A stretch of 64,000 nt of DNA from positions 6,696,001 to 6,760,000 of the forward strand of contig CM068750.1 in NCBI GenBank assembly GCA_035084275.1, in the 5' to 3' direction. The stretch's first letter is position 1; every line of letters begins with the position of its first letter. The notes below the pieces were generated by a model. It was not told the origin of the DNA. It saw only the letters and a list, made by a program, of their open reading frames with translations, and did not search any database. Source of the DNA: Hydrolagus colliei. Lineage: Eukaryota. The translations under genes were made by a program, and so were the position numbers. This document shows positions 49,201 to 60,349 of this stretch, in pieces.

Positions 49201-51232
49201 GAGAACAGCTGTGTGTTGGGGAATGGTATGTTCTCAAAAAGAGAATCAAACCACATTTGAAATGCTATATCATGCAGGGATCATCTAGAATTTGGGTTAT
49301 TTGAGTTTAAATGAGGGGGGAAAGGGTCATATTTAACATTACTGGTCTTAAAACATAAATTCAAAAGCTACAGTAAAATGCCTGTCAAGCTTTTGTTAGA
49401 TGCAACAGTAGATTCCATACTGGGTTAACAATTCATGACCCTCTATCATTGCCCTTTAGCAGTTCAGCTCAGCCAAGAGGCACAACATTGTCTAAGGCTG
49501 AATTAAGGCTTCCTAGGTAGAGAGTCTAAGTGTCGCTGTTTTCAAGAACAAATTTGATAAATTCCTGTTAGAAAATAATATCTCAGGATACAATCTACAG
49601 TTTGGGACACAGCACGCCAAGCAACTGCCAGGATGGTGGAAAGTGTACTGAACAGCGCCTTGGGACGTCCTCCTGACGTGAAAGCCCCCTACAAATGTAA
49701 TTTTGTTGTTGTTGATTGGACCTTGGTCTTTTTTCGCTTTGCAAATTCTTATGTTCTATTAACACATGTTGTCAGTGGTGCTGTACTTTCCTTCAGGAAA
49801 GCTCTGCTGGTCAATGGTCTGCCGCCCAACCCAGTTACAAGCCCTTCACATCTCCTCCAGCTGGCATCACTGCTCCCTGCCAGCACTTGGGTGTCGATGA
49901 CATTTGCCTCTTTTTCTGACCACTGCTTACCCTATAGGAGGAGGGAGAGAAGCGTGTCACTTCCTCGTAAGGTGCCACGTTCTCCCAAGTGGCAATGAAA
50001 GCGTTGCTGGGGCTGAAAGCGCTGCGAGGAAACCCTCTCCTGATCTCCTGAGCAGCGCGATATAGGATGTCAGGAGAATTGTCTTCCCTGTAAAATATCC
50101 GCCCTCGGCCATGACTTGTGTCAATGTCTGATAAGTACGCCGCTATGACAGGGAAATCGGTGGGGAATCCGTCATCCACATACTGTGTCTCCATGGGAAA
50201 GTCCTGGGTTGAGATGATCCCATTTGTTCCCACCTGAGGATAAAAAGGATCACAACATTAGCAAATTATCCCAACCAATGGATCCAATGATTCAAGGCTG
50301 TCCTTCCCCATTTCCCCTCCCCCCACCCTCCCAAACTCAAATGAAAGGAATAATCAACAGACAAATTTCATTTCAGTTAAAGATGGGATTTTAGTACAGG
50401 TCCAATTGCTGAGCAATTAAATACTGAACAACGAATGATCTTTAAGAAGACACATTAAAATTAAAATTAACATTTTTAATTTTTTTAATAAAAAAAACAG
50501 TAAATCCTATAATTGTCTCTTGAGACCTGAAAACTTTGGAGGGGGATCGGATTTCAATCCAGGGTCTCTCTCCTGTCAAGTGCCAAGAAAAAGTGCATCC
50601 ATTCACTCAAACAATATACCACACGCCAGTTTATATATAACCACTGGAGTGATCTTCAAATGAATGGAAGGACACTGAACTGCATACATTTCAACCCCAT
50701 ATCTGAACCAGGCTAAACAACACACACAAAAAATCCTGAAACAAACAGAACACGACAACAAGGCAAACAGATCACATCAGTGTATTTGATCTGGGTTAAA
50801 TCTTTGTAAATCATCCACATGGAATGGATGTTTCCAATCCAGTGTTGTAAGTTATAGACTAACTGTAGTAAGAGACAACAGTTCCTATGTCTAGTTTGGG
50901 AAGAAGGGAGTGGGGTGGGAGTGGGGGGGTGGGGGGGGGGGGGGGGAGGGAGGAGAGGGTGAGGGGGGGTGAGAAAGGCAAATAAAAATCAAACACAGCA
51001 GTAAAAAAAATTTCCACCAGATAAAACTTACATAAAGGTTACGGAACTGTGTGTCATAAAAGATAAGTGGCCTTTTCAGCTTTATAACTTGAGAAGTCTC
51101 ATCATCGCCTTCCCCAAGGAGAAGGTCCCTTCTGTGTGGACCAAACGGGAAAAGGTCTTCTCTCTGGAGAGCATAGACCGAGCTGAGAATGCAGTGGAGT
51201 TTTAGGAGTATCACAAAGCCCTTGACTTGCAT
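25199..51232 (-). CDS. NID2: Nidogen-2 (NIDO/G1, repeat linker, EGF, G2, 3 rod EGF, 4 intact TY, G3 YWTD propeller); 22 intact coding exons, about 1589 aa
   Basis: all exons GT-AG and phase-consistent (4770 nt without exon TY-C); signal peptide, NIDO, G2F, EGF, TY (CWCV), YWTD repeats; ends CPHGRK* like vertebrate NID2; tail-to-tail with RTRAF. Confidence 0.96.
25704..25816 (-). CDS. NID2: NID2 penultimate coding exon
   Basis: [37 protein letters not shown]|gtaag. Confidence 0.95.
26130..26610 (-). mobile_element. SINE (26340-26610) adjoining an older DeuSINE remnant
   Basis: tail ttataataatccttgcatttgatatagcg and core. Confidence 0.8.
26703..26826 (-). CDS. NID2: NID2 G3 exon
   Basis: [42 protein letters not shown]. 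Confidence 0.95.
27056..27213 (-). CDS. NID2: NID2 G3 YWTD exon
   Basis: [52 protein letters not shown]. Confidence 0.96.
27700..27871 (-). CDS. NID2: NID2 G3 YWTD exon
   Basis: [58 protein letters not shown]. Confidence 0.96.
28575..28970 (+). mobile_element. AmnSINE2-like ancient SINE
   Basis: tgtgctgaactcactgatctcag...ctacaaatgg...cagccatggttcc...cacagtcaaacagcct. Confidence 0.55.
29574..29703 (-). CDS. NID2: NID2 G3 YWTD exon
   Basis: [43 protein letters not shown]. Confidence 0.96.
30619..30788 (-). CDS. NID2: NID2 exon, start of G3
   Basis: [57 protein letters not shown]. Confidence 0.96.
31802..32011 (-). CDS. NID2: NID2 TY exon F (equivalent of mammalian second TY; RGD)
   Basis: [14 protein letters not shown]...[37 protein letters not shown]...PAC (last Cys codon split T|GT). 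Confidence 0.94.
32676..32918 (-). CDS. NID2: NID2 TY exon E (intact)
   Basis: [15 protein letters not shown]...[36 protein letters not shown]...RCGLP|gtcagt. Confidence 0.92.
33988..34229 (-). pseudogene. NID2 TY exon D, degenerate relic
   Basis: aligns by eye to sister TY exons (aatgtagatttcagatccatggacc; PL*CH; [10 protein letters not shown]; ctgagctgccag|gacagtca with dead donor). Confidence 0.7.
34297..34542 (-). pseudogene. NID2: NID2 TY exon C, pseudo/poison exon with in-frame TAG at the CWCV Trp
   Basis: [14 protein letters not shown]...[34 protein letters not shown]...QCGPL|gtcaat; TAG at 34378-34376. Confidence 0.85.
34824..35069 (-). CDS. NID2: NID2 TY exon B (intact, RGD)
   Basis: [27 protein letters not shown]...[34 protein letters not shown]...HCEMP|gtcagt. 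Confidence 0.88.
35746..35985 (-). CDS. NID2: NID2 TY exon A (intact)
   Basis: [14 protein letters not shown]...[35 protein letters not shown]...QCGLP|gtcagt. Confidence 0.9.
36620..37020 (-). mobile_element. old DeuSINE
   Basis: tgtctcatccaaaa...agcactccc...aatgtcagc Deu motif reversed. Confidence 0.5.
37394..37513 (-). CDS. NID2: NID2 exon 11 (rod EGF)
   Basis: [39 protein letters not shown]. Confidence 0.95.
39300..39431 (-). CDS. NID2: NID2 exon 10 (calcium-binding EGF)
   Basis: [44 protein letters not shown]. Confidence 0.95.
40150..40480 (+). mobile_element. L2 LINE 3' end
   Basis: [40 protein letters not shown] plus shared tail and (TTG)n. Confidence 0.88.
40613..40756 (-). CDS. 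NID2: NID2 exon 9 (rod EGF)
   Basis: [48 protein letters not shown]. Confidence 0.95.
41100..41500 (+). mobile_element. L2 LINE 3' end
   Basis: [15 protein letters not shown]...GGQAFS...[14 protein letters not shown]...[10 protein letters not shown] is an L2 ORF2 C-terminus. Confidence 0.9.
42743..42970 (-). CDS. NID2: NID2 exon 8 (G2)
   Basis: [12 protein letters not shown]...QNITFHDC...[31 protein letters not shown]. Confidence 0.95.
43253..43453 (-). CDS. NID2: NID2 exon 7 (G2)
   Basis: [29 protein letters not shown]...[12 protein letters not shown]. Confidence 0.95.
43520..43765 (+). mobile_element. L2 LINE 3' end
   Basis: [31 protein letters not shown] plus gggacgtcctcccgacgtgaaaggcgc tail. 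Confidence 0.88.
45262..45535 (-). mobile_element. tRNA-derived SINE (internally rearranged)
   Basis: head tggagtcctgtagctcagtgattagagcactcgccttacaag; tail (TTA)n. Confidence 0.85.
46095..46346 (-). CDS. NID2: NID2 exon 6 (G2)
   Basis: [10 protein letters not shown]...[18 protein letters not shown]...[10 protein letters not shown]...NGFRIT. Confidence 0.96.
46465..46614 (-). CDS. NID2: NID2 exon 5 (EGF1)
   Basis: [50 protein letters not shown]. Confidence 0.96.
47213..48195 (-). CDS. NID2: NID2 exon 4 (end of NIDO plus acidic/Pro-rich linker with tandem repeat)
   Basis: 983-nt open exon [15 protein letters not shown]...(PETHRERL)n...EEELGTG|gtaag; phases fit both neighbours. Confidence 0.88.
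47307..47744 (-). repeat. 24-bp coding minisatellite, about 18 units, encoding (P/S)ETHRER(L/H)
   Basis: unit CCTGAAACACACCGAGAGAGACTC; central copies near-identical. Confidence 0.97.
48781..49019 (-). CDS. NID2: NID2 exon 3 (NIDO)
   Basis: [49 protein letters not shown]...KNLYQ. Confidence 0.96.
49931..50233 (-). CDS. NID2: NID2 exon 2 (NIDO)
   Basis: [31 protein letters not shown]...[14 protein letters not shown]...SYR|gtaag. Confidence 0.96.
51032..51232 (-). CDS. NID2: NID2 exon 1 (signal peptide, start of G1)
   Basis: [31 protein letters not shown]...EGDDETS...[10 protein letters not shown]|gtaag. Confidence 0.92.
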
Positions 51233-51379
51233 CCTCTGAACTAAATTGATGCTCGTATATTTTTTTCCCCCCCCTTTTCAAAAAAAAACCCCTGAATATA
51301 TTAAGAGAGTCTGAAAGAGAGAGACTGAGAGAAGCGGGTTGTTGGCTATAGCCTTGCCTGCTGTGTGTGTGTGTGTGTA

Positions 51380-51500
51380 CAGTGTTTTTATACTTGGGTT
51401 AAATGCTGAGAAAGTTAAACCCGGAACTTCCCTGGATTTACACCCAATAGCTCCCCGAACTGCCCCATTCCTGACCTGCCATTGGGTCTCTCCCAATCTG
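51380..51500 (-). promoter_or_regulatory. NID2 proximal promoter
   Basis: minus-strand TATAAAAA 51392-51385, kB-like GGGAAGTTCC 51432-51423 overlapping ETS cores, CCAAT boxes 51444-51497, about 150 bp upstream of the ATG. Confidence 0.55.
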
Positions 51501-52075
51501 ACTGACACACACACACACACACCCTGGACCTCACTCCCTGCATCAGTCAAACATCTGGTTCCTATTAAACTCGGTCCAGTTTCTCATCGAACTTTTCAAT
51601 TCTCCCTTTTTTTTCTGTTTCCCTCCCCAAAAATGCTCGAGAAGTACAGAACCCCCCCCCCCCCTAGCAAAACAAATACACACACACACAGTGCTAGCTG
51701 GAGATGTGTTTTATTTTGGTGCAGGGGAGAGAGGAGGGGAGGGTGGTGGGAAGTGCTGACATTAACAACTTGTAGCCAAAGCCCTGCAACCCGTATAATG
51801 TTTTACATTATTAGACCATTAGCTGGTGATGTTGTGGGTTTGGTGGCTGGAGAAGTTTTCATGAGCCAGGGAATTTCGTGTTCACTGACACGTACATTGG
51901 GATCGAGTGAAAGGCAGTGAACGTGGGGAGTGGGAGGCTGTCAGACCACAAGCTTTTTATTCAAAAAACATGAATTCTTCATCTCGAATGCTTAAGTCGA
52001 GATGTGTTTATAACGGGAGACTTTGCCAAAAGTGGGGGGGGGGGGTCAACCCACGGTCAAATTATATATAGTGTT

Positions 52076-52125
52076 TGTATGTATGTATGTATGTATGTGT
52101 GTGTGTGTGTCTGTCTATCTGTCTG
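52076..52125 (+). repeat. (TATG)n(TG)n microsatellite
   Basis: direct reading. Confidence 0.9.
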
Positions 52126-54624
52126 TTGCAATGTTCATTCTTAAACGGTAATTGAATCGTTTAGCTTATTTTACCGTCATTTTTGTTAACTGGGTGGTTT
52201 CAACGATCTCAGAGTTCCCGAACAGGATGTTTCGAATCTGATCCTCTTCCCAAGCCCAAGTGGTTTCCTTCCTAACAGCTACCTGTTGAAAGCTCCCTCT
52301 CAGTCAGTGTACAATCCAAAATGTTCATCAGTCCAAGCCACTCAACTGATGAACCATCCAATAGTTTGAAACAATTGATGATTGGTTATATCCACTGACT
52401 AAAGAGGAAATAAATCAGACCCACTTCAACAACAACAACAACAACAAAACTTACATTTATATAGCGCCTTTCACGTCGAGAGGACGTCCCAAGGCGCTGT
52501 ACAGTCAGGTAGGACAAGAGCAGGGTGGGAAGGATCAGGGCAGGATGAAGAATAGTAGGAAAAGTAACTGTAACTTCAAACAACAACTTGCATTTATATA
52601 TCTCCCTTCACACAGGATAATGTCTCGGAGCACTGCGCAGTAATAGGTGGTTACCAAGTAAGGTAGAATGGTATATCCTTCAGTGGGATTTAAGGATAGG
52701 TAAATATACTGCAAGATGTAATCAAATTTCTAAATCCGAATCCAAGATTTTGAAACATACTGACAAAAAGTGACATGTATCCAAATAAGAAAGTGCATGA
52801 ATTGTTCCAAAATGAGGCTCGTTGTTGTTGTATATAAGACAGTTCAGTGAATTCGTATTTCAGTTTTGTTTAAGTGTCGCAGAATATGTGATGATTTGAG
52901 GGCAGCAAGATCCACCTCAAGTGTAGTCCAAATGGTACAAATGGTACAACACGCAGAAGTTTGCCATATTTTGCATGGTAGTAAATAGTCAGAAACATTC
53001 TCGATTCATTATCCTAAGCTACCCTTCAATGAATTGTCCCTTGGAATGTCGATGTTAAAAACAATATTAAAAAGTTTAGTGACAGCTGAATTGGAGAATG
53101 CAAAGGGTGTGGGGTGGCATTCGGCTGCTTAGAATGGAAAGGGGAAGAATACTAATTAAGTAATTACATTTTTCCCCCAAAAAAACATTTATTATATGAT
53201 AGAAGTGATCAAGATACATCATTTAAGGGAGAAGGCAAAGAGGGAATATGCAAGCGTTGTGTATTGTGGATTCTAATGATGTGAAAGGCACTATACAAGT
53301 GTAATTTTTTTTTTTGTTGTTGTTATGGAGGGAGTTTCTCCTGGTGTCCTGGCCAGCAGTCCTCCAGATAAAATATGTCTTTGCTTCACAGCTATTTGTG
53401 GAACATTTCTATGCTTAAATTATTTGCCCTGTTTGCCTACAAATACACAGTCACTGTAACAAGTTTCCATGATCTCAAATGCAAGGACTATTATTATAAT
53501 TGTCTTATACAGTGTCTGGAATAACGTTTTTCTGGAAAGTCCAAAATATTTGGATAAACAGAGAAGATGTACGGTTGTAAATGTTGAAAATTGAATCCTG
53601 TACTTTTTCCATTTAGAGATTGACAAAGGCCGTCATTTATAAAGAGTTTGAGATCTCATCAAGTTGCGTTTCTTTTTAGCTGATGTTTCAACAAATTATC
53701 ATGCGGCAGTGAATTCTAACATTACTCTTTAAATAGAGACTTGATCCTGCAAACTAGTATCCCTGGTAAAAGTAAATACTTTCTACAACGTGACAATTTG
53801 CTGAGAAACAAATGATGAGGACTTCGGCCACTTCTTACTGACCTACAAACAATGTGAGAGACACATACTGGATTACCAGTGGCTTCTGTCTTTGCAACTT
53901 GTCTCTGTTCCTTAATGCGTAGCTAAAGCAAGGTCAGGGGCATGGTTGGCTTCTCTCGGGGGAGACAGAGTTTCAACCCAGGGTAACTTTGATTGCACCA
54001 GATGGACATTCAGTTGTCCCAAAAGTGTCGGCCGAATAAAAATCCAGTATAGAATTACTGTCTTCAGATAGAGATATAATCGGGGGAATTGTGTCATGAG
54101 TCTAATTAAGTGAGGATCCATTCTTTGATTGTTCACCAAAAAGATCCTCTCTAATACTCTAATATTCACCAATATAGCAGCTACCGAGGAATTAAATCAG
54201 GATTAGCTGGCTGGATATCTATATCCAGATGTTTCCTTCTGATTGATTTATTCTCTTGTTAAGGCGTTATATCCTCATATTGCATCTAGTTTGTTGTCAA
54301 TCGTACGACTGATCAACAACAACAAATAACAACAAAATTACATTAAATATTTCAAATCGATTATTGCATTACCACTAATAAATAGTAGATCTTCCTAATA
54401 GCCGTTAAATTCATTGCAAATGTATATTTCAAATCACTTGCCCAAAATCAGGATGCCAGTAACCTGAGATTATCCTTCAGCCTGAGTATGGCGAGGAGCA
54501 GCAAACAGTTGATGTTGTGGTCTTTATTTCACAGCAATCACACCTACAGTCACTACACTACAGTAAAAGTCCTACAAAGCACTTTGAGATGTCTTGATGA
54601 CATCGGGAGGACGTCATCAAGGCA

Positions 54625-54850
54625 TCTCAAAGTCTTTCACGTCGGGAGGACGTCCCAAAGCACTGAACAGTCTGGTCGGAACCCGAGCGGGGGGGTGGGG
54701 GAGAGTCGAAGTAGGGGGAAGGGGAAGGAGAGTGGGAGAGGGGGAAGAGTTAGTGGGGCAGCCGAAGACGCGGTCAAAGAGACCGGCCTTGAAGGAGGAA
54801 AAGGAAAAAGCGAGGCGGAGGAGCTGTGGGATGGAGAAGCGGGTTAATCG
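54625..54850 (-). mobile_element. L2 LINE 3' end
   Basis: reverse complement of the 40150/43520 family. Confidence 0.8.
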
Positions 54851-57163
54851 CAGCCCATGTCCTGCTGAGGAATTTCTCCTGTTACAATACTTGTGCTAAA
54901 GTGTAAATGAAATGTGCAACAAATACAGTGAATTTAGGAACAGATGTTGGATATGCATCTTAACTCGGCCAAATCTGATGGCCATTTGGAATGCTAAACA
55001 TTCTGAGTTCTCCCAAACCCCTGATCTCATCCAGGACTGCAAACCACCTTTGACCCTTGACTGAAACTAATAGAATTTCAGAGTCCTGGTCAAAAAACAT
55101 TCGCACAAAGGCTCCATCCAGAACCACATGCACCTAATAACAGACATCGCCTCTCCACATCAATCCTATCTCCCAAAGCTGCCTGTATAGGTTTCTCTGT
55201 GTTGCACCCTAACATACACAAACCGTGACGAGAAATCAGGATGGTGACATATCGTTTACCACTGACGAGACCCAACACTTTCTAGAAGCATTTAGAGATT
55301 CCCCAAATGTGATGCATTCGCAGACTCGCAGGCAGCGTCCAGCCCCACACATTTCAGTCTGTTCCCACCACGTTAAGGCCAGCAGTGAATATTCAGCTGC
55401 TACTGCCGAAAACAAGAATTCACCATTGTTTTTCAGGCATATGGTTTATAAATAATTGTTCCCCACCCCTTCCAGGAATTGCCAACTGATCTGCACTTAT
55501 TGCTATATATTCCTCATATTGTATACTGTCATTCCAGATTTGAAGTACAGTACAGTACTTGTCAGAGCAATATAGGTACCCATTGAATTTTGGAGTCAAA
55601 AGAGGCTGCCAACACTGATTGCACCCAGTTACACTTAAATTTAAGAAATTCCTTTGAGATGAGATGGGTATCTTGCAATTGAGTTATATGGTATCTCATT
55701 CCGCACAGCTTCTACAGTTCTTCTCGCAGTGGCAAATTCCTTTCACATTCCAACTGACTAGTTTGAATGAAGCTAATTTAACTAGACATAGGCTTAGATT
55801 ACTTGTATCTGGAAGGGCGAGGTGGACTCTAGCCTCAGGGCATGACTTAACTTGTTTGTGGCTCTTTGTACTATTTTTTGCAGGAACCCTGAAAAGAACA
55901 ACATTAACAGCTTGCATTTATTTAGTGCCCTTCATGTTGTAGAGCAATGTCTCATAGCGCTTTACAGAGGTGATGCCAAGCACAGAGGAAGGAGGATGAG
56001 GAAAGAGGAACGAGTATAGACACAGAAATAAGAAGTTTTCTGATGGTTTTCCAGGACTATGGATGATAAGCAGAATAGTGAGAGTGGGGAAGATCACAGA
56101 GGTAGAGAGGTGCAAGGAAATACATAAGTCACAGTGAGTACTGTATCTTGAAGTCACTCCACTGAGAGCCAGGGAAACCCAGTAAAAGTGGGAAGATATA
56201 AACCACTAATGTCTCATTCTTTAATAAAACAAACTCAGCGATTTGTGTAAATTAAAATGTGTTTTTTCCTATCTCCATAAACAATTTGAATTAACTTCCC
56301 CTAAAAAACCTAAACAACAAGACAAAAATCTAAAATAAATATAAATATACCAAACATAAAGCTCAGAAAAATTTTGGTCTAAACACTTCCTGAAGCTGTG
56401 ACTTACAAACCAGCACGACGGTGGCTTTTAATCAAGATTTATCCATGTGGATAAAGTTTTGGGAGTTTATCTCTGACATTCAGATACAATGGGCTATTGG
56501 TGGAGGCAGACACAGTCAATGAAACAAGCTATTATGCTGTTCTGTTCGTTCTCCTCAGTATCTAAGGAATAGCTGACTTATAGAGTGCCAGGGATGGGGA
56601 TGTAAAATACCTCAAACACCACCAGCAAATAACTTCTGACTGGAAGTATAAACATTGCAACCTACATCTCAAACATGCCCTATCCTACAATATACACAAT
56701 CATTATACTTTACACTCCAGATCTCTGAAATATTAGCCTGTATGAAAGGTGCTATATAAATCAAAGTTGCCACTGTTGTGAATCTTGTGAAGCTCTTTGA
56801 GTTGTCCATCTGACAGGTGATAGGTGCTATAATATACAGTATATTATATATAATATAATATACAAATATACAGTCAATTTTCATACTTTCCTTCCCCCAA
56901 CCACGACACCTCCTACCCTGCTCTGATCTCTACCTATTTTTCCCCCTTTCTTCCCTCTTTTCTTCTCCCTCGCTGCTCTAGTCCCAACCTTGTGACATTG
57001 TTGTATTCTGTGAAGCGCTTTGAGACGTCAATAAGACGTGGAAAGCGCTATATAAATGTAAGGATTATTATTATTATTATAATAATCATCTTTAACTTGT
57101 AATTATTTGACAAAGCAACTCATACATAAGAATTTTCCTTCGGAGTATCACCTAAATCAATTG

Positions 57164-57450
57164 TGGAGTCCTGTAGCTCAGTAGTTAGAGCACTCGCCTT
57201 ACAAGTGAGAGACCTGGGTTCATTTCCAGGCAGGCCAAAACCTTGGGCAAGTTTCCTTTCTCCACACACCTAATAATAATCCCTCCCCCCAAAAAACTGG
57301 TCATTTCAATCCACGACTGTTTGTGGGACAATTGGTTGCCATATTTTGCCCACATATATACAGTCAATTTACTTTAAAGTATATTCTGTGAAGTACTTTA
57401 AGATGTCTAGAAGAAGTGAAAGCGCTATATCAAATGCAAGAATTATTATA
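57164..57450 (+). mobile_element. tRNA(Val-TAC-like)-derived SINE, full length
   Basis: A box tagctcagtagttag, stem-loop ctcgc-cttacaa-gtgag, B box ggttcatttcc, core, tail; extra tail copy 57003-57085. Confidence 0.9.
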
Positions 57451-57789
57451 AATGGAAGGTTTCTACCTCAGCCATGGAAGCCATCATTCAACGGGAAATA
57501 ATGTCTTGAAAATGGTTGTTCCCACCTTCGGTAAAGTAAATGCTCAGTTAGTTAACCTGTTGCAAAGACTGGTGGAAGCCTAAACCATACTATAAGTGTT
57601 CTTTCTACAACATAGTTCTATAATCTGATTCTATAACTCATACCAAAGAAAACACTGACTACTGTATGCTATTGAATACTAAACCTTCTGTCAGATAGAG
57701 TTCAGACAAGCATTAATAACAGAGGAAACCCTTTGTAAGGGATAAACGTGCCGATGGTGGAGTGGATAGGGTGAGGCACATGAAACAGA

Positions 57790-58078
57790 TAATAATAATA
57801 ATGATAATCCTTGCATTCGATATAACGCTTTTCACATCTTCTGGATGTCTCAAACCACTTCACAGAATATATTGTAAAATTAATTGACTGTATATTTGTG
57901 GGTGAAATGTGGTAGCCAATTGTGCACAAACAGTCTTGGTTTGAAATTGACCAATTTTTTGGAGGGATTATTATCAGGAGTAATGGAGTAAGGAAACTTG
58001 CCCATGGTTTCACCCTGCCGGGAATCAAACCCGAGTCTCTCGCTTGTAAGGTGAATGCTTTAACCACTGAGCTAAAGG
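57790..58078 (-). mobile_element. tRNA-derived SINE, full length
   Basis: reverse complement of the 57164 copy. Confidence 0.9.
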
Positions 58079-58144
58079 GCAGCTCTCCATCTCCCTGGCT
58101 ACAACCCCCTCCTTCCCTGGCTATAAACCCCCTCCGTCACCCCA

Positions 58145-58345
58145 TCCAAAATTCATTGAGGAAAGGAAGTTGATCGGTCGGGCTGTGGTAGGTTACAGAG
58201 CTATAGTAGGTCAAGTCTGTGAAGGGATTGAATATGAGGATGAGAATCTTGATTGTGATCTGCTGGGGAATGGGGAGCGAGTGGAGCCAAGCAACGATGG
58301 GGGTGATGCATTGGAGTCTGGCAGATCCTTTCACAGGGTGATCAC
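58145..58345 (-). mobile_element. L2 ORF2 fragment
   Basis: ITPIVAWLHSLPIPQQITIKILILIFN resembles L2 HITPVLxxLHWLPVxxRIxFKILLLxFK. Confidence 0.75.
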
Positions 58346-59939
58346 GACACAGTACTGATCATGACGGTATGTTACAAACATGATTAATATATAAGGGAAT
58401 TAACTTTGATTCCTTGTTGCCAATGGATGTGGTAATCATTCTGAGGGTTTGAAGAGTGGAGATTAACAGCTCTTACATTTTAGAAGATAATTTTTAAACA
58501 CTGCATGAATTCGTCTACAGGACAGCAGTGTTACACCAGTTGTTGGCCATTTGTAAAACACTGGATTGTAATATACACAAAATTGACAGATTACTGTCAC
58601 CCTTGAGACCACTATAGACAATATAAGCAGTTTTTCCCTTCCTAGAATGGACTGCATCTGGTATTGTTTAGCTGAGTGATTCATGGGTTGTTTTTGCAGC
58701 TGCAAGCTATAAAACAAGCTGTCCACATGTAAGATACTGGATGGAATTTGTAATATATTCATGAAATGTTGTCCTGACCTTTAGTGCTGGTCTCCATGTT
58801 CTTCTGACATGATTCATGTAGAATATGCTACATCTCATATTCAATTAGGACTAACTAGATATGTTCAAATTCTGCCCGTTGGATATTGTATTGAATTCAA
58901 TGATCAATACAAAAGTCAACTTTGCAAGCAATGCACAATGCATCTCAACACTTCTGTACATTTCGTGCTCTGGCCCACTGCTACCACTGCTATTTGTACT
59001 ACTGAAAGAAGTCACAGTGTTGGGAGTAGATTCTGTCAGTGATAATTTATGACAAACAGTTTGGGAGACTAGATATTGTCTCTTATATAAAGAAAGACAG
59101 AGATCTCGGGATGTATAGTACCAAAGGAACACAGAGCAGAGTATCACAGTGTTCAGATGACATCACAGAGCAAAACTGCAAAAAGCAGGTTTATGATTTT
59201 TTGTTGCCAAAGATCTGATCTCAGGACGTGGTAATCGTTCCAGTTGAACAGCAGGATGAGTTACAACAACAGTAACATCCATTTATATAGCAGTCTTCAC
59301 ATAGGATAACATCTTAAAAAGCTTAACACTTGTATGGACAAACACTGCGCAGCGAGGGGAGGTGGAGGACGAGGGAGGTAACCCCCGGGGAGCTTTAAAG
59401 ATGGAACTTGAAGATAGGTGGAGAGAGTGCAACGTAGGGGTACAATGAAGAAAAATGGAGGGAAGGGAATATGGAGGAGTGCAGTGAAGGAGCTCCAGAG
59501 GCCAGGGGTTTGGAATCACAAAGCTTGGTCACCAACGGTGGTACGGATAGTGTGGGCAATACAGTGCAAGCTCACATTAGCCGAGCGGAGGCCGTGAGCA
59601 GAGGAGTGTGCTTACTCAACTGCTTCAAACACTCAGCCACCTATTTGCTGTGCACTCGTGTGCAGAGCAAGATTCAAAACTCTGGTGAGGATGAAATAAA
59701 CATTTTGGATGCAAAGAAGGCAACAGATGATAAACGCAGCAAAAATGTATATACCATGGGACCTCAGCTGAAGTGCTATGAACCTTTATTTCATTTTTTA
59801 TTAAAGTTATACAGAGTCTTGCTTGTATTATACTGCGTAACATGAATGGCTCTTTGTTAGAATCAGCAGTATTAACAAAGTTGTGCTTGGAATTTGCCTT
59901 TTTTGCCAAATATTTTCTCTGCTTTCCTGACGGGGCTGA

Positions 59940-60260
59940 CGCTTGCTGGAGCATGTCTTTAGCCCTTTCAGTTGCTCCCTCCTGGGTACCTTGCCCTAGT
60001 GACCACTCCACAGTGAGCCAACACTATGTGTGTTGTCAGACTATTTGACAATAGGGCGTATTGGACGGAACCCAATCCTGTTCTTACCCGACGTGTACAA
60101 TTACACACATCCCAGCAAGAGTCACTGGAAAACAATCAAAGAGCTGGAACCCTTGCCTTGGAGGTGCTGAGCCCAATTGATTCCCTCAGCCCATAACTAC
60201 AGCAACAACTGGGATAAGCAAACTTTGCACAGACTGGGAAATGAGCCTGTAATATTCGGT
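59940..60260 (-). mobile_element. AmnSINE2-like ancient SINE
   Basis: reverse complement of the 19815/28575 family. Confidence 0.55.
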
Positions 60261-60349
60261 GCTATTTCGGGCAGCATATTTGATCATTCTTGCATTTGAT
60301 CATTCGTGATCCCATGAACAACAAAACAATTTAAACAGTTTCACAGGTA

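Noticed and set aside
51339-51920. 193-aa ORF head-to-head with NID2
   Set aside because: Non-ATG start, runs through microsatellites and homopolymers, no recognisable domain
57164-57240. tRNA-Val gene (also 19292, 45535, 58078, 60686)
   Set aside because: Heads of SINEs: no proper acceptor stem, and continuous with SINE body and tail
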